Virus record (IMG/VR): IMGVR_UViG_3300005805_000059
Span: 26,047-90,046 of that record
DNA from: a virus
Taxonomy: Duplodnaviria; Caudoviricetes
DNA: 64,000 nucleotides
Reading direction: 5' to 3' (one strand)
Part shown: in pieces, positions 9,120-19,448 of the stretch
Numbering within the stretch: the first letter of the stretch is position 1
Layout: every line of letters starts with the position of its first letter
Position numbers and translations under genes: made by a program
Notes under the pieces: generated by a model
What the model was told of the DNA's origin: nothing
Seen by the model: only the letters and a program-made list of their open reading frames with translations
Databases searched by the model: none

Positions 9120-10334
9120 TTATTCATAATCCTTGTATCTGTAATAACCTCTGTCAAAGTCAACTTGAACCAAGAATTCACCCATAAATCCATTACGATT
9201 CTTACGAAACGCACACTCAATAATATCGCTGTTACTACTGCGACCAAGTGCCATTACCCAGTCAGCATCGTATGCAATCTGTCGTGACCAAGCAGTTTGA
9301 CCCAATGTTGGAACGGTACTTAAATCGGTCACATCATCAGGTGTTGCAGATGAAATTGCAATGATAGGAACTTCATCTCTAATTGCCATAAGTTTAAGTT
9401 CTCGTGACAAGTTCTTCATACGAACAGTTTCATTGTCAGACTTTTGGTTTGGACTCATCAACTGTAAATAGTCCACGATAACAAAGTCAGGCTTGTATTG
9501 GTCAATCTTACCACGCAATACTGACGGTGTAATTTCACCACCTTGATCATTAGAAATAATATGGAAAGGTGGTCTATTGGCAATCTCTTTACTATGCCAC
9601 TTTTCCATCATTTCTACTTCTACTTCACCATTAGACAATTTTCTATGTGACCATAGTCCATTTCCCATAATTGTTAGCACACGGTTACGCACCTCTGCCT
9701 CTGACATTTCAAGGCTTATGATCAATGGTGTACGACCCTGCTGCCAAGCCTGTACAGCAAAATAGAGAGCCAACCACGACTTTCCTATACCTGGATATGC
9801 AAGGAACACTCCTAACTGTCCTGGAGCGATTCCAGACGGCATATAGTTATCGAATCCTGGCAGACCTGTCCTGATACCAACAACACCCTCTTCTTTAAGT
9901 CTCTGTACATTTTGAAAGTGGGCAATAGTCGCATCTGTGTTAGTGACATCAATATCTCTAATCATAGATGTATTCTTTTTAAGTTCTGAAGTTTGTGTAA
10001 TTAGGTTATCAAGTGCTTCTATAGGTTTGCCACTCTGAACATCATATGCTGCATCACGAAGAATACTTTTAACACTATCGTTAAGATAAGAATATTGTAG
10101 TTCTTCAAGATGATGTTTTGTACCACCAACATTTTGAACAGGAACAAAGTCAGAAAACTTTTCTGTTACTAATTCAATTGGTGGCAATGTGCTATTTTGT
10201 TCTGAGTAATGCCTAATAAATTTCCATACATCTGTATGCGTTTTTAATAGATTATCAACATTTGCCTGTAACAAAACATGAATTTGTTTATCTTTTAATA
10301 CAGCAGTTAAAACTCTTGCTTCTAGGTCATTCAT
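9120..10334 (-). CDS. dnaB: DnaB-like replicative helicase
   Basis: AYPGIGKS, SLEMS, IVDYLQLM, KNRNG; start at ATGA overlap 10334. Confidence 0.93.
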   Translation of the reverse strand: MNDLEARVLTAVLKDKQIHVLLQANVDNLLKTHTDVWKFIRHYSEQNSTLPPIELVTEKFSDFVPVQNVGGTKHHLEELQYSYLNDSVKSILRDAAYDVQSGKPIEALDNLITQTSELKKNTSMIRDIDVTNTDATIAHFQNVQRLKEEGVVGIRTGLPGFDNYMPSGIAPGQLGVFLAYPGIGKSWLALYFAVQAWQQGRTPLIISLEMSEAEVRNRVLTIMGNGLWSHRKLSNGEVEVEMMEKWHSKEIANRPPFHIISNDQGGEITPSVLRGKIDQYKPDFVIVDYLQLMSPNQKSDNETVRMKNLSRELKLMAIRDEVPIIAISSATPDDVTDLSTVPTLGQTAWSRQIAYDADWVMALGRSSNSDIIECAFRKNRNGFMGEFLVQVDFDRGYYRYKDYE

Positions 10335-10636
10335 TTTAACCAATCCTTTGCTAATTTTCTACGCATTAAGCGTTCTTGTATATCTTTTTCTTTTTCTAAC
10401 ATTGCTTTTCTTGCCTTGTCTGCATTATGTGCAAAATGTGACCAAGTAGGATTTTCTCTAACTTGAAAATAATAATCAATAATTTCTTGACATTCATATA
10501 TGCCATATGATTCAAGCAGTGCATCTGCAGACCACTGTTCTGAATTAATATTAATTATATATCTCTCATTAAACTTTTTCTTATACTTTTTTTTAAAGTA
10601 ACTAATTAGTATCATACGATCTTTATATGATGCCAT
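10331..10636 (-). CDS. Hypothetical protein (possible helicase loader, by position)
   Basis: Directly upstream of DnaB with overlapping stop/start. Confidence 0.5.
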   Translation of the reverse strand: MASYKDRMILISYFKKKYKKKFNERYIININSEQWSADALLESYGIYECQEIIDYYFQVRENPTWSHFAHNADKARKAMLEKEKDIQERLMRRKLAKDWLK

Positions 10637-10845
10637 TATTCACTGATTTCTGACTTAGCCTCATTAATTTTTTCAGCAAGTTTAGACTCTACAAATGTAT
10701 AGACTCGTTCCATAGCATCATTTACAGACTCACCATCTCGCCTTGCATCAACAACACCAAGATCTAATCTTAGTGATTGAAAGTTACCCAAATTAAGGGT
10801 ATATCCAAGTGTCACAGACACCTTTGTATCATTTCGCTCTTCCAC
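10636..10845 (-). CDS. Hypothetical protein
   Basis: RBS AGGAGG; TLGYTLNLGNFQSLRLD. Confidence 0.6.
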   Translation of the reverse strand: MEERNDTKVSVTLGYTLNLGNFQSLRLDLGVVDARRDGESVNDAMERVYTFVESKLAEKINEAKSEISE

Positions 10846-10860
10846 TGTTAACCTCCTAGG

Positions 10861-11403
10861 TTATATGCTCTCTGACCAGACTGGGATGTAGCGACCATCT
10901 TCAGTCCTTGTATATGTAAGTATACCATCTCCCATTTTTCTTGTCAACTCCTGGGAGGTAGGAGTCATATTATTAGTGACTAATCCATCTTTTCTTGGCT
11001 GCCCAATATGGATAGTAGCAAGTATATCACGAATCTCACGGATGTGGTCTTCAGAGTAGTAGGATCTTATCTGCCATCCCCTTTTACCGTCCTTACTGCA
11101 CCCTACAGGGGGAGGAATGACCCCACGCTTAATCAGACTAGGGATATATTTTTTGTGCCTGTTAATCAACACAGCGGTCTCTCCTACGGTATAGGCTCTT
11201 TGTCTAAATTTCTTAAAATCGGACAAAAGGCAATTTTCTAATCTATCTTTATTTATATTATAAAGAGATACCAAACCTGTTGATCTTGAGTGATGGTGGA
11301 CACGCACTAGGTCTCCGTTAAGAAACCACACCTTCTGACTACCCTTGATTACAGAGGAGTTATTGTATTCTTCGACCTCAAGATTTCTTTTTGAAGAATC
11401 CAC
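10861..11403 (-). CDS. MerR/excisionase-like winged HTH DNA-binding protein
   Basis: YTVGETAVLINRHKKYIPSLIKRGVIPPP..RSYYSEDHIREI; GTG start after GGAGGG. Confidence 0.6.
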   Translation of the reverse strand: MDSSKRNLEVEEYNNSSVIKGSQKVWFLNGDLVRVHHHSRSTGLVSLYNINKDRLENCLLSDFKKFRQRAYTVGETAVLINRHKKYIPSLIKRGVIPPPVGCSKDGKRGWQIRSYYSEDHIREIRDILATIHIGQPRKDGLVTNNMTPTSQELTRKMGDGILTYTRTEDGRYIPVWSESI

Positions 11404-11540
11404 ATTCCCTCCCCAGTTTCTGTGGGTGGATGGAAAAACTTCCTCTCCCCACATCTAATACAGAAAGTTTCAATGTGATCTATGGAGGAGTAGGCTCGAT
11501 CAACCATTACTCTTCCTTCACACTTTTTACACATCAACAT
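11349..11540 (-). CDS. Zinc-ribbon hypothetical protein
   Basis: CKKC...CIRCG. Confidence 0.55.
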   Translation of the reverse strand: MLMCKKCEGRVMVDRAYSSIDHIETFCIRCGERKFFHPPTETGEGMWILQKEILRSKNTITPL

Positions 11541-11983
11541 TAGTTTGGAATTCCTATCGCAATCAAATTAACTGCAAGAGACAAGTCTCCAGACGCACCG
11601 AAACGAACAACTCCTTCAATTCTAGAAGTTGTAATCGTCTTTAAAATGATTGTAACATTCTGACCAGCAGGTGTGTTACCAATGTTCACTGGTGTTGCAG
11701 TAACAATTGGAGCATACTTAAAGTCTCCTGGAAAGTCATATGTAAATGGTTTTTCAGATGCTGCTTGAACAGTAGAGTTATTTGCAACCTCTACATAACC
11801 ACCAATGACTCGGGCTTCAGATGTTTTAATGTTTTGTTTTCCAGCACTTACAGTATCAACTGTTGTATAGTTGTATGTTGCTGATGATACTTGAGTTGAT
11901 ATATCGTTAACGCTTTCGGCTAACTTATAAATATAACCAACATCTAGTGGTTGTCCTCGTTCTGGTAGTGGTACTTTTGCCAT
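11540..11983 (-). CDS. Putative minor tail/virion protein
   Basis: Beta-rich C-terminus (FKYAPIVTATP..VNLIAIG); end of tail operon. Confidence 0.5.
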   Translation of the reverse strand: MAKVPLPERGQPLDVGYIYKLAESVNDISTQVSSATYNYTTVDTVSAGKQNIKTSEARVIGGYVEVANNSTVQAASEKPFTYDFPGDFKYAPIVTATPVNIGNTPAGQNVTIILKTITTSRIEGVVRFGASGDLSLAVNLIAIGIPN

Positions 11984-11992
11984 ATTTCCTCC

Positions 11993-12517
11993 TTATACCG
12001 CATGCCTTAGTTTAAATAAGGTTAGTCTGTTGTCTCTATTTTTTATTAATGTTGGAATTTGTACTTCAAAATCTATTGTTTTATATGTTGAACTTGGCAA
12101 CTCAATAGAAAATGTATCAGCAGAGATCGTAGTAAAATAATTCCAAGATGTCCAAGTACTTGAATCAGTTGCATTGTTTTCAGTTGACCATCTAATATAA
12201 ATATCAAACACAGTAGTTTGATCAAATATTTCTTCTAACTTAGATGCATATAAATCTGGATGTGTCCAAGTAATTAAAAGTGTTTTTTCTCCTGTACCAC
12301 CACCAATTTCTTTTAGACCAATTCTATTGGCTGCAGTGTATGGTAATCCAGCACTAGATGTTGGAGGATAGTCCACACGAATAGTTGGAGACCAATGAGA
12401 AAATCTATTTCTGTCTTCTGATATTATACGATATCGAACAGCATAAAATAAACCATCAGCATCAGTTTGTATATATGGTAATTCATTTGGTTCAATATTT
12501 ACATATTTGGTAGCCAT
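11993..12517 (-). CDS. Putative minor tail protein
   Basis: Ig/FN3-like beta pattern (YAVRYRII..SHWSP); tail operon context. Confidence 0.45.
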   Translation of the reverse strand: MATKYVNIEPNELPYIQTDADGLFYAVRYRIISEDRNRFSHWSPTIRVDYPPTSSAGLPYTAANRIGLKEIGGGTGEKTLLITWTHPDLYASKLEEIFDQTTVFDIYIRWSTENNATDSSTWTSWNYFTTISADTFSIELPSSTYKTIDFEVQIPTLIKNRDNRLTLFKLRHAV

Positions 12518-13827
12518 TATGTTACCCCTAGAACAAATCTAAACTCAACATAGTTGTTTGTATTTGGACTCTTAAGAACTGTTTCTCCATCAAAGTTCTT
12601 AACAACTGCGTATCCTGTCAATCCATATAGTGGATTTTGTGTAGATACATTTTCTAGCCTCATTGCATCAAGTGCTATGTAGTAGTTTTCTGAGGGAACT
12701 TCAATATAAGCACCGCCACCTGCAGCAGTTGTTTGATCACCTGCAGTTACAGGAAATGTAATTGTATTTGGGTTAGTTACAGTAACTGTTCTTACTCCAG
12801 ATATTACTCCAAAAAGTGTTGAAGAGTCTACAACAGTAATTATATCTCCAGTTGTTAAATTATGTACAGAACTGAATGTTAATGTCGCAAGATTGTTAGT
12901 AATATTTTTACTTGCTATTAATTGTTTTTCCATAGCACAAGCATAAATTTTTGCTGCATTAACTGCTGACCAACTAAAGTTTTGAGAATAAACCAAGTTT
13001 TGTAGTTGTTTTGAAACTAATAAATATCTATTGGTTGCAAAGTTATAATCACTTGCACTTAACTTTACTTCAAATCTAGCATAGTTTGATGACGATGTTT
13101 GATCTCCAAACTCAACCATAAGTCGAACATTTTCTGGTTCTGGTGCTGTTGCTGACTTATGTACTACAGAAAAGACAAGTCTTAATTCATCTGTTGGTGC
13201 GTTTTTACTAAAATCTGCACGAATACCACTTAAATTAATATGGCTTGATCCAGTTGCAATTCCTAAGTTTCCATTACTTAAATACAAATTAGATGTATCT
13301 CCACGCATTAAAATCATATTGTTATAAAATCTACCACGCTCAAACGGTCTCTGTGTTGATGTAAATGCAACATTATCAGCGTTTGCTTGAAATATAGGAT
13401 TGGTAACTGTTATAACATCACCAGAATCTGTTAATGGAGTAGTGACTTGTGGAATTAAACTAGCATTCTGAATTCTCCATTGTTCTGCTGTACTAAATCC
13501 AAATATAGTTCTACTATCAATAGATGCTGCTGAAGGATTAGAGCCAGCAGAATAAATTCCAATTTCAGATATTTCATACCTTTCTTCTGTTGGCAGTTCT
13601 GCTGTTAAAACAATCTTTGATACCCCATTTTCTTCAACAAACCCTTTAGACGATATTGGAACACGAAACATTTCAAAATCTAAAGATTGCTTTTCGCTAT
13701 AGTCTCCAGGTGTTTCAAGATTTCCTAAAGGTTTTGGACCGCAACCAATAGCAATATAAGAGGCATATGCTGGAGCCTGTCCTAGCAAATACTTGCCTAT
13801 AATGCTTTTGCCTTTGTCTGTAATCAT
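12517..13827 (-). CDS. Putative minor tail protein
   Basis: 436 aa; N-terminal YIAIGCG..EIGIY baseplate-like region; tail operon. Confidence 0.55.
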   Translation of the reverse strand: MITDKGKSIIGKYLLGQAPAYASYIAIGCGPKPLGNLETPGDYSEKQSLDFEMFRVPISSKGFVEENGVSKIVLTAELPTEERYEISEIGIYSAGSNPSAASIDSRTIFGFSTAEQWRIQNASLIPQVTTPLTDSGDVITVTNPIFQANADNVAFTSTQRPFERGRFYNNMILMRGDTSNLYLSNGNLGIATGSSHINLSGIRADFSKNAPTDELRLVFSVVHKSATAPEPENVRLMVEFGDQTSSSNYARFEVKLSASDYNFATNRYLLVSKQLQNLVYSQNFSWSAVNAAKIYACAMEKQLIASKNITNNLATLTFSSVHNLTTGDIITVVDSSTLFGVISGVRTVTVTNPNTITFPVTAGDQTTAAGGGAYIEVPSENYYIALDAMRLENVSTQNPLYGLTGYAVVKNFDGETVLKSPNTNNYVEFRFVLGVT

Positions 13828-14399
13828 ATCAAATCAACCTCCTCTATTATACCATTAGTTGCTATCTGAACCTCTACTTCTTCGTCTTCGGCAATATCAT
13901 TTAGTTCTATAATGATCCCGCCTGTTTGTGAATTACGATAAATCACTGTAGAGTCTGCCCTTAAATTAAGTTTAATTGGGAAATTATTAAAGTATTTGTC
14001 TGAAGTTTGCTGTAGGCTCAGGATATTATTTGGGTTGTATTGCTGCTGAATGAAAGATAAGTTTTTGATAAGTTGATAAGATATTGTTTCACCATTGATA
14101 ATATCATTTCTTGAAATATCAATAAGTTCTTGACCACCAATATCTTCAAATATAAGATCTGTCATTATTTCAATTGGCAATGCTTCATCATCTATAAGTA
14201 TGATTTCTGGAGTGGCAGACTTAATAGATTGAGTAATACTTGGTGGTGTTACAGGTATTACCTGATTAATTGGCTCTGGATCTACAACTAATATTGGATC
14301 TCTTTCCCATGCTCTTGGAACAGTTCCACTTGTATTTTTTTCTTTTCTTTTAGCCCTTCTTTTGTTGATAGGCTTTTTACTATTTTCATCTTTATCCAT
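13824..14399 (-). CDS. Putative virion structural protein
   Basis: RBS GAGGTG before ATG 14399; tail operon. Confidence 0.5.
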   Translation of the reverse strand: MDKDENSKKPINKRRAKRKEKNTSGTVPRAWERDPILVVDPEPINQVIPVTPPSITQSIKSATPEIILIDDEALPIEIMTDLIFEDIGGQELIDISRNDIINGETISYQLIKNLSFIQQQYNPNNILSLQQTSDKYFNNFPIKLNLRADSTVIYRNSQTGGIIIELNDIAEDEEVEVQIATNGIIEEVDLI

Positions 14400-14400
14400 A

Positions 14401-17400
14401 TTACACCTCACTCAAGTACAAAGTCATACTTGGACCTTCTGTACCTCTTTCATATTCAATATTATATACAACAAATCTAACATCTTCTGGTGTCACTAAA
14501 TCTAAACCATCTTTATCTTTGTAATTAACTGTGACTATATCTCCAAGTTGTATTGTTGGTATTGCAAATACCTTTACGCCAATTAGTTTTCTAGGCTTCA
14601 TAATTTTATTAATAATCCACCCCATAAGTTCTTCTGCGTCATCTTGTGTTTGAATATATGGAGTATCTAGTGTAAATTCATTCTTACCATATACCATTCT
14701 ACTTAATTTAATTTCATCATATTTTGCTTTTTCAACAAGTGGTGATCTAAGCAAAGTACTATCAGAATTTAACTGTGGGCTTGAAAGATTGCCATTTTTC
14801 TTAAAGTATTGGTCTACTGTGTATTCATATGTAGTGTCTTGCGTAAATGTAATACCCTGAATTCTTAGGTAGTTACCTGTTGTCTCGTCAAGATTGAGTG
14901 CTGAGTCTGTGGCATTAAATATTAAGAACTCTGCACCATATGAGTCTGCATAAAATCCTGATGTGGTATATCCCTTAATCCTATTAAATGTAGGAGATAA
15001 TTTTGCATATAAAGCAGGGTATGCCTTATCATACTTAATATCAAAGTACGCACACTCACGCATAATGGTTCCAAATTCATCAAAGTACATCTTATATTCT
15101 GGTGGCTGTATTCCACTAATTCCAGATAAATATGTAGACTGTAAAATACCACTCATAGAGTACTTACGCAATGCTTCATTAACATTTATTTCTTTATCAC
15201 CGAAAACTTTAGATAATGGTTGACCAACAGTAAATACAGTGTTCTGTGAATAGTTTTCAGATAAAGCATATACATTTTCAAACATACATCGTGAAGCACC
15301 TCTTGTAAACAGTGCTATGCTTTGTCGAACTGGTAGTGGATTTGGATCATCTACAGTTGCAATTAGTTTATTATTGATATATAGGTAAAATCTTAGTGAG
15401 CCACCGATTTTTTCATATTCAACAGCAAGGTCATAAACAGTTGGGTTTTCTTCTCCTGTTACACGATACTGACCTGTAAATTTACCATCATCAACTAGAA
15501 TCTTTGTTAGTCCACCCCATAGTTTTACAGGTATAGCCTTGTCTGTATTAGAAGCACCCACCTTCTTCACTATTTTGTAAAAAACAACATTGTTAATGTA
15601 AACATTATTTTCTATATCGTTTGGTGAGTTTTGTCTCATATATGATTCAATATTGTTTTGAGTTAATGCAACAATTTCAAAATAATATCCATTATTAGTA
15701 TTTGGATTTACCATAATGCCGATACCACCAGATCCACCGTCAATATTTAAAGAAACATCTGGCTGTGTGGATGGCACTTGGAAATAAGATGTACTACCCA
15801 CAGCATTTTGAAGTCTCGACAAACTGTTTTCAATTCTACCAACAATTCTCATTCTAGTTCCAAAATGCTTATAAGCACCATCAGTTAATGGTTTGTGAAC
15901 ATATGATATAAAATTAAGTGGCGATTGGAATGATTCAAATACAGGACCATTTAAAACTAAGGCTGATGATTGCACAGTTCCTGTTTGTGTTGTTCTCAAA
16001 TAGTTTGTTTGAGTTTCAGTAATTTTAGCAGATGACAAAAAGTTTTTAATAATTCCATTTCTTGATGCTTGAGTATAAAATTGTCCAGAATCTATGCCAG
16101 CAGCCCCTGTTGTTGTATTAGGAAAATCAGTTCCTTCAACTAGCAATTCTGTGTCTTTAGTATTAAACAACAGGTTTGATTCCATAAAACATCCACGACT
16201 ATTGTTTATATTATTCCAATGTGAATTTAGTCCAGCACTATGTGCCACTACTGGTGTTCCAAACTGACCTCTACCGTGTTCAAATACAGGACCATTCTGC
16301 AGCCTTGTAATTCCATCAATAGTCTCATAATATGGTGTGCTAAAAATTCTAACCAACCCTGTTGGATAAATTTTGCCATTAAATGGTAGTTTAGAAACAT
16401 AGTTTTGATATTCTTGGTTATTTGTAATCCATACATTTCCAATACCTGTAACATTGTATTCAACAGCATCATATCTAATTACTTCTCCGTTAGAATAAAA
16501 GTAGCCCTGATTTCTAGTAACCCAGTAAACATTTTCACCAAAGTCAATAACATTATTTATAAGTTGATTAGAAACAACCTGTGGAACTTGATCAGTCAAA
16601 TCAGAGTTCAATGGCATAGCACCTAAGACATATTGACCTTGTTGTGATGCTACCTCATTAATGGTTTTTGTCATTTCTGTTCCAGATACTTCCCAAAGTA
16701 GTGCTGGTTTATAAATCCAGTTTTTGTCATAATCTACCATTGTAGACTGTCTTATGCTTCCATATGACCTTTGTATATATCGCTGAGTAAAGTTAATTTT
16801 GCCATCATTAAATACCTTTTTTTCTTTTGAAGATAAAGCAATAATATTGGGAAGCAGTGATGACTGAGAATAGTTTTTAATGACACCATTTTGAATCTGA
16901 TTATTAGTTCCTATCAAAGCAAAATCAACATCTCTGGTTTCTTGAGTTGGCAACATATATTCTTTACTCATTACGACAAAGTTGTTGTACTCATCAAAAA
17001 ACATTGCTGATTGTGTAGAAACAGCAAGTTGTGCTAAAACTTCAGCAACATTTTGATCTGGTCCAATAAAGAAATATGGAATTACAGGTTCTGTTTCATT
17101 TGGTGCTCTATAAAATGTATAGTTTGTAAATCCTATATAGTCTAGAAGTGTTGCAACAGCATAACTCAATGATGCGTTTGTTACTAATAATCTGGGTGCT
17201 GGCATTGACTCAAAATGAAAATACAAATCTCTCAAATCAATAGATATATTTACTGGATTGTCTCCAGACTGTGGAATACCTTCCGAATACAAGGTTTTAA
17301 TTGGAACAAAATAATCATATGCATCTACCTCTTTGATGACTTCATAAAACATAAATTTAATATTTTTTGAAATAAATCCATGAATAATACTATTTTCATT

Positions 17401-18756
17401 ATACTCATTAAATGATTGATCATAATCAAATAACTCCATGCTTCCTGTTGAAGCAAGTAATTGACCAACTGGTAATGCACCTTGATTTAAATCTGAAAGA
17501 ATCTTTTTTACATTATATGACTTTATACTATCGGTCATATCTACAATTAGTCGTGGGGACATTTCAATTAAATCGAAAGTTGAATCAAACTTGTTCATTG
17601 TTTCAACAACAATTCTAATGCCACGAAGATATGAAAATTCTCTATAAAATGTTTTATTGTTTATGTTGAATAGTTCTGGAGATGTTAAATCTGTAACAAA
17701 AAATGTTTTATCAGTAATACTTGAATCTCCTAATATCCAATTATATTCTGGTACTGAAACTTGGTATTCTTCTGTATTACTATCCCATATATATAGTTGT
17801 CCAAGATCTCCCTCGTTAGGTACTACCAGGTATGCATATCCATTAATAGATTCTTCTGGAAGCAAGGATGCAGACGAAACTCTGTTAATAAACTTAAAGT
17901 CTTCTTGAAAATTTTGTGGTATTACTAATCCGTATTGTAGTTCTATATATCCATCAGTACCAATAATTGGCTCTCCATTATTTCTAGTAGAGTTTTCATC
18001 AAAAGAATACGCATCTACCCAACTATTGTCGTCAAGATATTGAATCTTCCATCTTAATGGTGTTGTTTTATTTGCATCTCCGTAAAGTGGATCTTGAATA
18101 TTTGATGCACCAATTCTAAAAGGACCTTGATCTATGTTACCAACATTTGTTTGCATTTTAATAATAATTCTATTTGCTGGAACTTTATTTTTATATACTA
18201 CAAATGGCACTGTATCATCTATATAAAATAAATTATTTTGTACTTTATTAGCAATACCACGCTCGACATTGCCCTCTGTTCTGTATGATGTCCAATACTT
18301 AAATTGATCATACTTAGAAGCCATATAGTATCTTGGTCTACGAAACATATCTTGGTTTGTATTTGCTAAGTATTTTGTTGTAAAATATGTAGCCTTATTA
18401 ATACCAGACCGTGGTCTAAATGGTTTCGTACAATCTTCTAATGAATAAATAGTTTTAAGTTTATCTTTGTTAAGAGTTATAAATTGTGGAGAAGGTGTAG
18501 CACCATTATCTACTCCAGAATCAACAACAATGTCTGCATCCGTTGCACCTGTGTAAAAATTACCAAAGTCGTATGGGTCATACTCGGTTGGCAAAAATCT
18601 ATACTGTATTTCAGAATCTATAAGCCTTTGTCTATAGTTGCCAAGTTTTTCAATATTTTCAGGCATATTCATATTCCACTCAGCAAGAATTAATGCTTGA
18701 GTTTTTACTGTAGAAGATTCTTGAAAATGTTGCTTTAGTTCATCACTAATAAACAT
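14401..18756 (-). CDS. Large minor tail protein (Tal/hub-like)
   Basis: ~1450 aa, second gene after tape measure; C-terminal PTIQLGDIVTV..YNIEYERG hub-like end. Confidence 0.7.
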   Translation of the reverse strand: MFISDELKQHFQESSTVKTQALILAEWNMNMPENIEKLGNYRQRLIDSEIQYRFLPTEYDPYDFGNFYTGATDADIVVDSGVDNGATPSPQFITLNKDKLKTIYSLEDCTKPFRPRSGINKATYFTTKYLANTNQDMFRRPRYYMASKYDQFKYWTSYRTEGNVERGIANKVQNNLFYIDDTVPFVVYKNKVPANRIIIKMQTNVGNIDQGPFRIGASNIQDPLYGDANKTTPLRWKIQYLDDNSWVDAYSFDENSTRNNGEPIIGTDGYIELQYGLVIPQNFQEDFKFINRVSSASLLPEESINGYAYLVVPNEGDLGQLYIWDSNTEEYQVSVPEYNWILGDSSITDKTFFVTDLTSPELFNINNKTFYREFSYLRGIRIVVETMNKFDSTFDLIEMSPRLIVDMTDSIKSYNVKKILSDLNQGALPVGQLLASTGSMELFDYDQSFNEYNENSIIHGFISKNIKFMFYEVIKEVDAYDYFVPIKTLYSEGIPQSGDNPVNISIDLRDLYFHFESMPAPRLLVTNASLSYAVATLLDYIGFTNYTFYRAPNETEPVIPYFFIGPDQNVAEVLAQLAVSTQSAMFFDEYNNFVVMSKEYMLPTQETRDVDFALIGTNNQIQNGVIKNYSQSSLLPNIIALSSKEKKVFNDGKINFTQRYIQRSYGSIRQSTMVDYDKNWIYKPALLWEVSGTEMTKTINEVASQQGQYVLGAMPLNSDLTDQVPQVVSNQLINNVIDFGENVYWVTRNQGYFYSNGEVIRYDAVEYNVTGIGNVWITNNQEYQNYVSKLPFNGKIYPTGLVRIFSTPYYETIDGITRLQNGPVFEHGRGQFGTPVVAHSAGLNSHWNNINNSRGCFMESNLLFNTKDTELLVEGTDFPNTTTGAAGIDSGQFYTQASRNGIIKNFLSSAKITETQTNYLRTTQTGTVQSSALVLNGPVFESFQSPLNFISYVHKPLTDGAYKHFGTRMRIVGRIENSLSRLQNAVGSTSYFQVPSTQPDVSLNIDGGSGGIGIMVNPNTNNGYYFEIVALTQNNIESYMRQNSPNDIENNVYINNVVFYKIVKKVGASNTDKAIPVKLWGGLTKILVDDGKFTGQYRVTGEENPTVYDLAVEYEKIGGSLRFYLYINNKLIATVDDPNPLPVRQSIALFTRGASRCMFENVYALSENYSQNTVFTVGQPLSKVFGDKEINVNEALRKYSMSGILQSTYLSGISGIQPPEYKMYFDEFGTIMRECAYFDIKYDKAYPALYAKLSPTFNRIKGYTTSGFYADSYGAEFLIFNATDSALNLDETTGNYLRIQGITFTQDTTYEYTVDQYFKKNGNLSSPQLNSDSTLLRSPLVEKAKYDEIKLSRMVYGKNEFTLDTPYIQTQDDAEELMGWIINKIMKPRKLIGVKVFAIPTIQLGDIVTVNYKDKDGLDLVTPEDVRFVVYNIEYERGTEGPSMTLYLSEV

Positions 18757-19448
18757 TATGCCTCTTCCAGCGTAAGAGAAATGTTCCATAAATCCATTGT
18801 TCCTCCACGCTTGACAACATCATATGTAAAACTAGAAAAATAAACTTCTATAATTTCATTATATTGTGGAAGATGGTTATATCTATTAGAAGTAAAGTTA
18901 GTATATTTATCATATGCTAAAAATACCCAGAACGAACCAGGATGATTTTCGTACCACTCAAGTAATTCAACTCCCCCTGCCCCACCATCTGCAGTATACT
19001 GTATATCATTTCCAGAACTTAATCCATAACCTTTTCTTATTGGTGGTGTACTATTATTGTTATCATGATCTACTGCAGGAATAATTGCTGCTTCACCATT
19101 AGCATTAAAATTAGGATATCCTGAGTATGATCTTGATGGTAATAATGACCAGGAAGTGCTTATCTGTAACTTATCACCTATGTAGTATGAACGCATCCTG
19201 CCATTAATAGTACGCTCTCTTGTTTCAATTCTTTGTGGAGCCATAGAAATATCAGACCTATTATGATCTGAAAGAATTATAAATTGATCTAATAAATTAG
19301 GATCAGTAACCCCAGTAGTATTAGCACCTACTTCATATCCAGTTGGAACATATAAGCCATCTACCAATGTACCGCTATTTTCTGAAAACAATAATGCTTG
19401 AGGTCTTGCATAACGCTTACGACCAATCATATATTCATCTGTTGTCAT
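18756..19448 (-). CDS. Distal tail (Dit-like) protein
   Basis: Immediately follows tape measure; ends WNISLTLEEA. Confidence 0.6.
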   Translation of the reverse strand: MTTDEYMIGRKRYARPQALLFSENSGTLVDGLYVPTGYEVGANTTGVTDPNLLDQFIILSDHNRSDISMAPQRIETRERTINGRMRSYYIGDKLQISTSWSLLPSRSYSGYPNFNANGEAAIIPAVDHDNNNSTPPIRKGYGLSSGNDIQYTADGGAGGVELLEWYENHPGSFWVFLAYDKYTNFTSNRYNHLPQYNEIIEVYFSSFTYDVVKRGGTMDLWNISLTLEEA

